A stretch of 64,000 nucleotides of DNA from Klebsormidium nitens (Eukaryota > Plantae > Klebsormidiophyceae), in assembly GCA_000708835.1 (NCBI GenBank), contig DF237030.1, positions 163,907 through 227,906 of the forward strand, given 5' to 3'. Positions 18,665 through 30,600 of the stretch are shown here, piece after piece; position 1 is the first letter of the stretch; every line of letters starts with the position of its first letter. The position numbers and the translations under genes were made by a program. Under the pieces are notes generated by a model. The model ran no database searches. It worked only from the letters and a program-made list of their open reading frames with translations, and had not been told where the DNA came from.

Positions 18665-21600
18665 ATGGACCCACCCAAGGTCTCGTTTGAAGCGCCTGGT
18701 GTTCGTTCCCAGACCCAGCGCAGTGTCACTGCAACAAATAGCGGGCTCAGCAGAACCCCGAGCGACCAGCTCCCAGAGCAAGCCAGGAGCTCAAGGGTGC
18801 AGTTCAGCGACTTATCCAAGCGTCTGCTGACTAAAGCGAGAAGGGGGGCGACCAGCTTTGTCTTTTCTGACCGCATGAACAGTGAGAAGCTGGATAGATA
18901 TGGTTTGGGGCCGATAGCTTATGAGGAGCTGCCGGATGAGGAGGTCCTGGCTGCCCTGGCCGCAGAGCATGAGTTTAGGGTGCGCTACACATGCAAGGGC
19001 CTGGAGCTCTGCTGTTTTATGCTCTTCGGCCTCGTCTTCTTTGTCGCTGTGGCTTTGCAGGCAAGCATCTTCTCTCACTCCTACCAGTTCTTTTCATTTT
19101 CTTGCCCCGTCTTACTCTTGAGTAGAATAAAAAGAAAAAGCTGAAAAGCCCTTGTTTTTTCAGTGCACTATGCGGGTTGAGCTGGTGTTTGACAAGGACG
19201 TGCCACACTTCCTAGGCCCTGTCTTTTGTTGTAGCTTCTCTTGAAGCACCTGAAACTTTCAAGATCGGAAGGTTTACAATCGGCAAGCTGTCGTTTCATG
19301 TTCTTCATAACGTTCTCTTCTGCATGGAGTTACAGTGGCCCCTCTTTCTCCCCACGTCTCCCATCGTCCACAGACACACTGACTTTTGGCGTTGCAAGGT
19401 CCAAAGGTTTACATGTACCGTATCTCAGATCACCCTGCTAACCTGTCTCGCAAGCGTTGGTGGTGCACGTCATTGAGGTGGTTAAGACGTATAAGGAAAG
19501 CTTTTGGGATCCAGATTGACATTCCGAAAGTTGCGGAAAGTCCTCTCCCTTGCCTTGAGGGGGGAGGAAACGCGTTGATTGAAAGCTGGGGATTACATGG
19601 TTGGGGAGCGGTCACATCGATAGTCCTTTACGCAGAATCTGGTCTGGATTCTCCCAGTGATTTTTATTAGGAGGAGTACACTCAACTGTCAGATCAAGGG
19701 GGTTGCTAAGATGCAGCATTATGCTTGTACTTCTACTCTCTTATTTTTCCGAAACTTGTTTGGACCTGATGCATGCGGCCAGGAAACTTGGTTGCAGCTC
19801 CTTGCCCTCTGTGAGACTTATTGGAACGGTTCGTATTCAGAGCCTTAGCTTTCACTACAACCAGGTCAGTGTGTCAACAAATCTCTCGTTTGCAGTGAGC
19901 GTCTCCCCCAACAAACCTCTGGTCAAAGAAAGCTCAGCGTATCTCAAACTTGTTGCTGCCCCCAGCGCTGCATAGATTCGTTTAGTCATGTGTTTGCCCT
20001 CCTGTTGCAGTGGAGTGCACCAGTTGTCTTTCCTTTCAGCCCCCAAACTTTTAAGAACCCCAAAAAAGCCTGACAACTTGTGAGTTGAGATTCTGGAACC
20101 GCCGCCCCTTTCCTGCAGATCCGGGCTGCGCACTCGTTTGGCGTCAACAACACTATCTTCTCGCGGCTTCCGCTGGACCCCTACTCAGGGGGTCTGTTGA
20201 AAGAGTTTCCCTCCATGGACTCGCTCGTGAATTGGGTGAACACCTCACTTGTTTCCAACATCTGGATGGACCCAGGGTGAGAGCCCCCTTTACTTCCATG
20301 ATGACGCCTCCTCTTCACGTTAACAAACTGCATCTCATGCTATTGCACCCTTGCTTTGAAGTTTTATCCTGGGGTCTTGGGTTTGCGAGCCTTACCTGCT
20401 CAAACACAAAAGCCGTCATCCCCATTATTTCACCTTCTCTGGATGCAAGGAACAGAAGTCTAGACTTCAGATTGCACTGACTGATTCGATTGCTTGCCTG
20501 TGCTTTGGTAGGGGCCTGGATGATCTTTTTCATCCGAAGTATTAATGAGAAGCATGTAAGTCTTCAACCCCGCTGGCGATTTATCGTCTCGGAAAAGATC
20601 AGGCTCACTCTTCGGTCCAGCACACTCCAGACTTTCTTCTCTTCAAGCAAGCAAGAACAATTTGCCTATAAATAACCAGTCAGTATTGCTGTTTCGGCAG
20701 CTGCGGGAATGGCGTCTGTGACTATCCAATGGAACTTCCTGGTGGCATCTACGCTGATCGGGGCTGTCCGGAAGACTGCGGCGACGTTCGGGATGCATCC
20801 GTTCAAGTACTCCTGTCGGGCGAGTGAGTGCCTCATCCTTCTTACTGTTTCTCGATTTGAGCGAGACTCGCTGCTGGCATAGATTCGTGGCTGGCAAGTG
20901 ACATCATAGTCGCTCTGGTGTTTCTGACATGGGTCAAGCGAGAGCCGCCTGTGTATAAAAGCCGCCGTCAGGTTGGTGAAGCACGTAGGAAAGTAGTCTT
21001 GATGTTGGGTCATTGTGCTGCACCGCAATGCGAAAGTCGTCTGGAAGGGACAGATTGCACTGCCCATGTATGCTCACGGCAGTTCCTTTTCACGAGCGGA
21101 CGATATTGATTTGCTTAAGCATTCTCCTCTCAGCAAAATTTTCACCTTCTCAAGGATCAGACGTGTTCATGGCCCTGCGTTTGGTCGTTTCCTGCAATGC
21201 GTCTGCCTTCAAGTTATCTCGGAAGGCGTTCCATCAGTCTCCCAGGGTGGTCTACCGCCCTATCGTGTCTTGCAGGGTGACCAGAAAAGTTGCAGATTGC
21301 GTATCATCAGCGAAGCCGAGAATTCGCGGTCTGTCTCTCATTCTAGTTTCGCTTGGTGCTTGAAGTGTCCCCCGTTTGTGCCAGGGCTGCTGCCGCCTAT
21401 CTGAAATCCACCGCCACATATCCAATCCAGATGTGCTGGACCTTTGGTGGCGCCTCTGACTGCATGTAAGGTTTCAATCCTCTGATTGTTTTGTTTCAAG
21501 CTTTGCTTCTCGTTCCTTTACTTGTCTAAACTCAGAATTCAGGAAAGCAATAATGTATCCTCGGCTGGCGGTGATACTAGGGCAGAAAGTTTCACTTGTA

Positions 21601-24600
21601 TGGGGTCCCATCGTTTTATAGGGGCAGGCACGTGCAGATCAAGGTCTACTTCGAGGCTTTGCTCACTCTCTCCCTTTCTAGGGCGGACCCCGGGTGGAAA
21701 CTCGAGGGGTCCGGTCTTTTACGGCGCAGAAGATTTCAGGATCCTGATGTGTAAATTTTGGGTTTGAAGCGTCAGAATTGTGTTCTGTATCGATTCCTGT
21801 ACGCTCCACAGTTTTGTCCGACAATCTACATCTTTGTTTCTGCTAACGCTCTTTGATCCTGCTTTCGACAAATACAAATGTCATCGAATCATTTATCATC
21901 AGATTTAAACAAGTCGCTACCCCCTGCTTATCCCCCCATTCTGCTCGCGTTTGATGGACGAGTCTCGTCCGTGCAGTGAAGGCACACCGCAGCCTGTTCA
22001 ATTGCTCTTCAAGGACTCCATACTGATCCAGGTACGCTTTCATCGATTCCCATCTGGACGTTCGCTCGTCATCTCATCACGGAGACTTGAAAGCAAAAGC
22101 AGCGGCACAGTGCGTCCCCGTCTTTGCAAAGCTTGCATTGAAGGTTTCACCAGTGAGCCGTTTACGATACTCCCAGCTGATTGGTGGATTGCGACCCTTG
22201 CCTTGATCTGCAGTACAACCGACAAAGGTCGGCAGGTTTGCAAAGGCTGTGATTGGGTCAGAAGCGCCCCGTGGCGCCTCGCTTTAGAAGCTCAAGTCCA
22301 GAAAAGAACAGGGATTAGAAAGGAAGGAACGGGCAGAAGATTGGAAGAAGAACAGGAAATTGACTTGAATAGAAAGCAAAGGAAGAACCTTCAAAGAATG
22401 TGCGATGCAAGGCCCGGGAGTAAGCGTGTGGTCCATGATAGCGCGAAATCCCGACAGAGTATTTCTGATGCAGATTGACTACTTTTTGAACGAGAGTCCC
22501 GATGCCACGTGGCACATTATTGTACCTTTCGGAGGTCAGTCCGTTTGATTGTTCCAATGGAAGGTCCGGGGTCGATCGAAAAGCGCTGTGTTCTTCTATT
22601 GTAAACTCCGAATATAGCGCAGACAGGTAGGATACCGTCCCTGCTTCATAGCTTTGCAAATAAGTTTCTTGTTTTTTGAGCAATTTGAAGAGCGAACGTG
22701 GACGTCAGCCCTTTTGTTTGACGTATGACTTGACTTGAGCGGCGTTTGCTCACAGGTCAAGAGGCGCAAGTATCTCTGGCGTCGCGAGAACAAACTGTCC
22801 TGGTGAGCAGCTCGGTCATGCCTCTTAACTGGAAAAGCAATTCTTCGCATTTGAGAGCTGAGACTATCTCAAGGAGTCACTGACTCTAAAGCTTTCTAGA
22901 TTAGCTCATCTTGACACAGTTAGAGTTCTGGGTACCTCTTGGAGACTGGAGAACTCGCTCATGTGCAGAATGGGACGAACTATTCCCTAACTCTCCCCCT
23001 TCACCTCAGGTGTTTGGCGGCCCAAACGGCTACACGCACATTCCCCAAATTAAGACGTGGTGGCTCTGGCCTTCGGACGGCAACCGGACGGTCGTTTTGG
23101 ACGGCCGAGCGCTGCTGGACAACGTGGAAGCCGCGGACGCTTGCGTCAGCCTCGGGTTCAACTACACGGTCCAGTGCCAGGTGCCCTTTGCTGGTGAGTA
23201 GGCAGTTTATGCAGGTTTTGTCTTTGCAGATCTTTGTTTCTTCTCTTTTTCGCGTGTGCTATCAAGCAGCAAAGCTTGTATTAAGCGCTGCATTGGACTG
23301 TCGGGAATTCACTCCGCTTTCGAAAGAACAAAAGTTTTGCTTTAAGTACACAGCGCAGCGCCAGGCTGCTAGCTCGTACGTTGTTTTGAGCTCCAGCATG
23401 ATTCCACCTCCTACACGCGGTTGCTGTATTGGCCTACAAAAGCAACGAAAGCCATCACCGTACGAGTCTGAGACGAAGCAGAGTCTACTCCCGAAGGCAA
23501 CAAGTTTTATCAGAACCCTCGCGAAACCGTTACAGAATCGTCTTTCAGCAGACAATCCTAAAGGGCTAATTCTGCTTTTTCCAGGCACCATCCTTCCGCC
23601 CGCCGACGGTTGCTGCGTCGGTCTCAACAATCAAACGATCGCCCTGGAAGGCATCAACCCGCGCAAGCTCTACCAGCAGCTGCTCCTGACGACGCCACGT
23701 GTCATTGGGGCGGCCGACAAGCAATCCAACAGGTAGGCAAATCTTGGAAGTCGAGCCAGCTTCTTTGTACGGTTGATCGTACTTTGTCATCTATGTATCT
23801 TCGGATAAGTCCTGCCTGCGCGTCGAAAGAACCGACTTAGGCAACATCCATGTCGTCAGAAATCCAATCTTGCATCCATACGCATGACTTAAATCTCCAG
23901 AGTCCCAGAGACCCACAAACAGTTTGCCACACTGCTTTCCCAACATCGGCTCGGGTTCGGCTCCCTCACTGCAGCATCTATGTCGTTTTCCGACTGCTTT
24001 GATCGGGCCCTGGAGAGTCACGAGGAAGACCTGAACGAATGTCGCTGCTGACGTCAGCTCGTCAGGATGCTGACGTCAGCTTGTTTGCGCGGCAGGGTGA
24101 TCGCGGGGCTGCTCTTCCGGCAGAGCCGGCGGGCGTACTCCAAAAAAGAGTGCGGCGACTTTCAGCACATTTACAACAAGACGGGCCAGTTCTTCTACCA
24201 TGCCTACGGCAACCGGTGAGAATGCGCCCCCAGATTACGAGATTTGCATTCCTGAAAGCTGATGCTTCCAGCGGTTTTTCTGCCTCGGATCAACACCGGT
24301 GACCGAGGTCTGCTAAGTAAACGGTTTGCCAGATGTGCCGTCAGATGCGTGGCTTGCATGGAACGTTGGTTGCAACAGAGCAAACGCTGAAAATTGAGCC
24401 CTCGAAGATAAGTTCATGTCTCGTTGGCCCAACTTTCAGGGTAGTCAAGCTGAGTGCGCGCCAGCTTATTGCGACTCATAGCGCCGATGTCCGGACCGCA
24501 CTACACAAGCTTCAGCAGGATTTAAAGCACCCCTTCGGAGCCGGATTTTGCAGGCCTCACGACAAAACTTTTAACGGTTCTCCCATTCAGCATAAGTCGG

Positions 24601-27600
24601 TAAACTGATGAAGTGCTGCCTGCCCGAGACGAAATTGGTGTCAAAGTTGGAACATTGTTGCGAACAAAAGTCGCAAAATTCAAAGTCGAACGGGTCTGTT
24701 CCATCTTTCTTTTAGGCTTTCTCTGCAGTTGTGCGGTGGTTGAAACCTGGTGTGAATGCAACGGGATCGACCCAACATTTTAGCATTGTACAACCTTCTT
24801 ACATCCTACGATTTGAGCATAAAATTCACAATCTAATTTCGTTACTGCATCTATCAGGCCTTCTCCTTGTTGTCATGGATACGGTGTGGTGAACCCCTGG
24901 TGCGAGCACTACCCAATCGACCCGACAATGGACCCTTTCCACTTACCCTTCTGAATCATCACAAGCATGCAAATCGAGATTCACAAACCACTCGGATTAT
25001 GCCTAGTAATCCGAAAACTGTTACCTTCATGTTCTTTCGTAACCATAATATTGTATTACTCTATTCCTTGTTGTATCAGGTATGGGGTGGTGGATCCCTG
25101 GTGCGAGCACTACCCAGTTGACCCGCGCGCCCCGTTTGGCATCGACCCGGTCTTTCTGCCGTCGTCGTCACTCTACAACGCCAACCTGAGCGCACTCGAT
25201 TACTACAAGCCGGAAGAGATCTCAAGTCTCACGGGTCTGCCGTACGCCTTCTACGAGAGGGAGAGCAAAGCCGCTGTGAGAAGGGCTTTTTTACCCCCGT
25301 TTTCTAACTTGGTTACGGAAGTCTAGGGTTGAGCAACGCAAACTCAAGACTCTGCTCTGCTCACATTGTTGAGGTAGGGTTTCCACGGTTCTCTTTGCCT
25401 TCCCCAGGGGCCAAACACCGTTCGGAATTCTAGCCAGAAGTTTGCTTCAGGTGTCGAAAGAACTTCGTTATCGATGAAGGCGACTAGTCATAGAACAATC
25501 TTCTGCTTGCCCGTTGCAGGGCAAGGGGTATGAGGGTCCGCTATTATCAACTTGAGCAACGAAAGATGACCTCTCTTTGGGGCGCAGACCTCGACATTCA
25601 TAATGCAACTAACAAGGACTGTCTTTTCTTGCCAGCTGCAAAAGAGCTATGACGTTCTGCTCGACATTAACGTGAGCTCCGAAAGACGATCCTCTCAGCG
25701 CGGGACATCAACCTGAGCTCCGAAAGACGATCTCCTTAGTGCGGGACCTCGTCGATCATGCAGAGATTTAGAAAGACGAAATTTTATTCCTGTTGGCTGC
25801 AGGGCAAGGGCGATAACGTTCTACTCGACATCAACTAAGCATCAAAAGATGATTCTCTTTGGCCGCAGGTCTTGTTTCTCATAAAGCCTCTGACGAAGAC
25901 AACCTTTTGCGACAGACATGAACTATCTTCCGCTTGACCGCTGCAGGGCAAGGGCTATTAACGTTCTGCTCGACTCTCAACCTGAGCTCCAAAACATGAT
26001 CCTCTAAGCGCGGGACCTCGTCGATCATACAGAGACTAAGAAAGACACACCTCTTTAACTTTTCGCTGCAGGGCAAGGGCTATAACGTTTTGCTCGACAT
26101 CAACTCGAGCATCAAAAAGTGATCCTCTTTGGGCGCCGGACTCTTTCTTCGTAAAGCCTCTGACAATGACCACCTTTTGCGACAGACATGAACGGATATT
26201 CTGCTTGCCCGCTGCAGGGCAAGGGCTTTAACGTTCTACTCGACATCAACTTGAGCGCCCAACGTGCCCAAGACTGGTTCACGTATCTGGTGGACGGCCG
26301 CTTCTTCCACCGCCAAACCGACGAGGTCTCCATTCAGCTGCTCACATTCAACGGTACGCCTCTTCACAAAACTTTGAATCGATTCTCGAAAACCCCAACT
26401 TAAGAAATCAAGGTTCGAAGAACAGTGGGAAACCTTCACATTGAGATCGGGCCTCTTCTTACGGCAGACCGACGAGGTCTCCACTTAGCTCCTCACCTTC
26501 AACGGCACGCCTCTTCTTCCTATGCCCTGTATCCCGATCTTCAAAAGTCGCAATATCAGAAAAGCTGAGTCTCAGAAAGGTCATAGGGAAAACCCCCGCA
26601 CGTCGAGATCGGGCCTCTTCTCACCGCCAGAGTGACAAGGGTTCATCCAGCTGCTCACCTTCAACGCTATGGCTCTCCTCCCTACATCCACAGGTCCTCG
26701 GATGTCGAGCTTCGCAAACCCCATCTTAGAAAGCCTGACTTACAGAAAAGATTTAGGATCAAAACCCCTCACCACTTCCCAAAGCGCAAAGACTTCCGTC
26801 AAACCGTTTTGAGTGTTCTGAGTGAACGTCTTATTGACAGCGCTATTCCGTTCGGACGGATTCGTTGGCAGCAAGCGCTAAAGCGCAAGGGATCGTGTAG
26901 GTTCCTGAACAGCTATCAATAGTCTACTTCGGCGCATCTGGTGTCAGGAGGACAGGCCTTATCTTAGCGTTTCGAGCGTTTGTCGAATATTCGTCTGCTT
27001 GCCGGTCAGAATCGAAAATGGTCGATACGGTACTTTTGAGCAGGTAACTCCAGGTCTGGCGAAAAGAAAGAAAGTTTCACACACAACTTTCCGGCGTCGA
27101 ACGTGCCGAACAAAGAGCAGTACAATAGTTGCAAGTCTTTCTTGTTCTAAAGCTAAACTCAAGCCCCTCGTTTAACGCAGGCGTGTACCGGTTGTTCTCA
27201 GTCATGGACGTCCAGATCCAGTTTACAGACGCGGAGAGCCTCACGATCGTGCCACGTGTCGACTCTCTGACGGTCCCAGACTACGGCACGGGTGAGGGGT
27301 CCTTTTGGTAAAGTGCAGACACCTTCTGAGAGTTTGAACTTCTGCGAGCATCTGATGTTTTGAATAAAACGATGGACTGAAACTTGAAAGAACTCTGACT
27401 TATGATTGGGGGTCGCTGGAGATACAATAAATGGCCGGATGTCAGCAAGGGTGACGAAGGAAAAGCTTGAAAGATAGAAAATGAATTGGGCCTTCTAGAT
27501 ACGGCTGCAAAGCAGATAAGGAGAAGGAAAACTCACTTTTTTTTAAAGCCGTGATTGAAACAGACAGCCTCACGAGCGCCCTTGCCTTTGCGGCAGTGGC

Positions 27601-30600
27601 GTGGATCTTCCAGGGCCTCTTCTTCCTCGGCGTCATCTTCCTCGTCATCAGTGACGTCACCCGGATACTCAACTTCATCCGTCGGGGTCGCTTCCTGAAA
27701 GCGTACCGCAAGCCCGGCAGATGGGTCGTCACCCTTTCCAATTTGGCTTTCATCGCTTCCATTGGGCTGTGGTGAGCCGCATTTCACTGATCTTCTAACA
27801 TTATATCTTCTTAAAAAGAATTGTCTCTCTGGAATGGCCCGCGTACTGCTTTTGTGAAGATGAGGCTTCTTCATTGGGCTCTGATGAGTGGCATTCGTAC
27901 CGGTCTTCTGAAGTCAAGATGCTTGACACAGGGCGATTCAGTTCTCGAACGAAAACGCTTGACACAGGGTGATGCTTTTTCTTCCAACATTTCTGACGAG
28001 GGTCCGGTCCGACGAGTTCTGTGGTCAATGGATCCTTGCTCTGGTATTTTACGAGTGATCTTTCATACAAGCCCCGTGTTGCTTGAGAAAGCCGGAACAC
28101 GTATTGTTGGCTTGTTCGCAAGTTCCTCAGCAGGTCGCCGAGCATTATGCAAACGAACAATGGCTTTGATCAACTCAAGCTGCCGCCTTGCTTGCACTTT
28201 CTCTCTCATCGTTTTAGGGTCGCGCTCCTGCTCAAGGAATATAGCTTCGTGCCTACCTCCCGTGCCTACCTCTCGGATCGATCTGTTAAGAGTGTACATG
28301 TTAGTAGTCCGGTTGGCATGCCGAGTGTGGCTGGGATCCTCTTTTCGCCAAGCCGCTCTGTTGGGTCTAGAGAACTTTGGCGGGAATCGCACGCCCGGGC
28401 CTTTGCGTTCTTGTTGACCTGCATCTTTCTAGCCCCTGTTGCTCAAGGTCAAGCTCGTTACTCACTGCTTGAATCATCTCATAGGATACAGATGACCGTC
28501 TCTTCATGAGGATGTGAGAAAACTTACTCTCCTGACTAACATGCGTGAGCGCCCCAAAAACCCGCTAGACGTTATTCTGCGAGGCTTGCGGAATCTACAA
28601 CTTCGTACCTACCTTCTGGTCCTAGTCGAAACCAATTCTATGATGTCCCGTTAAGGAGGTCAAAAAGTTGTTGGTCCCGTCGTCAGACGATCGGCGATCC
28701 CTAAGAACCGCTAGCCTTCCTCTTTCCAGGGCCGCGCTGCTGGTCAAGATCGACAACTTCATGCCCAAAGCTCGTTTCAACGTGTACAATGATCTGAACG
28801 CCCCTGCGCGGTACACGCAACTAGCGGCGGACCCTTCTGGCGCGGACGAGCTGATGAGCACCTTCGACGAAGTTTGGAGTATCGTGCGGGTCAAGAAGGC
28901 ATACGTCACCTTGACGGGGGTCAAGTGAGTGAGCTGGCTCAGGTCGAATGCAAGGGTTTTTGAACATTCGTATACTCGTGCATTATTGTTCAGATTAAGC
29001 GTCCTGAGGTCTTTTTTGACGAATCTGCTTCCGAAACGCGTCTGAATGCGTACATCCTTTGGCAAGCTTTAAGTGAAAGTCGGGAGGGAAGTCCAATTTG
29101 AGAACGACAGATTGAGTTTCAACCATGTTGCTCTGCAAAAGCAAGCAAAGAATGATAGTCCGGATGTGTGATTGGTCTGTAAACGTCGTCACATTATTCC
29201 AGCCTGCTCCAAGTTAAGTTGCTTGCATTCTCTGCCTATTTCTGCCGAACAGCAGCCGAAGGCCTCGCCGTTGTACTCTGCTGCTGTCCATGACTTTCCG
29301 ACGAACCGCCGCCTACTCGTGCTTCACTTCTCTCTGTCCTTACGCAAACCCCCGGTTCCTTGCAGCATGATCCTGCTCTTCATCCGGGCCCTCGGTCTGA
29401 TGCACTTCCACCCGCGCCTCGGCATGGTCACGCGCACCCTGCAAGCGGCGTTCCCCGATCTAGTTGCTTTCTTCGTCATCTGGTGCATTTTCATGACGGT
29501 GTACGCCTTCATGGGCATGCTTGTCTTCGGGGACAACGTGCGCCAGCTGTCCACCTTCTGGCTCGCGCTCAACCAGTGCTTCGTCATGAGCCTCGGGGAC
29601 GTCTCGGTGAGTGCCACGTGTCCACCTGAGGGACTTTCCACGTCTTCTTTTTTCATGGCCCAAGGGCTTCATGATCCTGAATTGTGAAGAATCTAAAATT
29701 GCAAATCACGGAGAGTGCAAGACATCATGGCCCTAGCCCTCGACCTTCTGCTTTGCGCCTGCGTAGTCGCCTCGCTCCGTCTCTCGGGAACACTTCGGGA
29801 ACAATCCTCTGCCCGAAGTCAAGTTGCCCGCGTCTAGTTTTAACACTGCTCGTATGCCCTTCAATCCACTCATTCTTCGTTATCGGAGCAGAAAAAGAGT
29901 GCTCACGCTACAAGCGCAAGGATGTCTTGCGCCAACCTATCTGGGTTCGCCCTCAGATTGTTCACGCATCTTTGAGCCTCGGGGGCCTCTTGTGAGGAGC
30001 CTCTGTGCCCATGTGCCACAAAACATCTGCCTTCAAGATCTTTGCCTTCCCTGCTTCTTCGACGAAAGCTGGCGAGCCTCCCGTCTGTGAAGAATACACT
30101 TTTTTTTTTTTTTTGGAGGACCCGATGCCTGGTTGCATCCTTTAGAGACGCCTCCGCGTTCGCCCAAGCCTCGCAGATACTCAAGCTTGGGTTTTGAAGG
30201 TCTCACGCATCCACGCAAACCCCTGTGGGTTACAGAAGTCAACCCAAACTGACGCGTGTGGCTGCCGCTTGTGCGCAGGTGAACCAGGCGCTGCTTGACG
30301 TGGCGACGACCATTTGGGACAAGATCCCGTCGCGCATCTACTTTTGGTCCTTCAACTTTTTGGGCACGTTTATCATCCTGCAGTTCCTAGTGGCGATCGT
30401 CGTAGACGTGCTGCAGGTGGGTCGCTCACCGACGTTTTCGGGTCATGAAATTTGAAGGGCTTTGAGTGTTAAAAGCTTGTCTTTCTTGTTTATAGTATTG
30501 CTTGTTGCTTGAAGGATAATTGAAGTGCACTGGTTGCTTTCCGATCTTCGTGACGTCCGAGCTTAAGTAAAGTGTTCTTACCAATATGTCAGAGTCCAAT

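Noticed and set aside
22939-23736. 265-aa plus-strand ORF
   Set aside because: Read-through of PKD2 intron 7 into exon 8; only the exon-8 part and its echo are meaningful.
25490-26220. Repeat array superficially like CRISPR
   Set aside because: The units are degenerate 125-146 bp copies of an intron/exon junction, with no constant repeat plus unique spacers and no cas genes; the context is eukaryotic.
30100-30114. T15 tract as a possible retroposon poly(A) tail
   Set aside because: No target-site duplication or recognisable SINE/LINE body; treated as a simple homopolymer.
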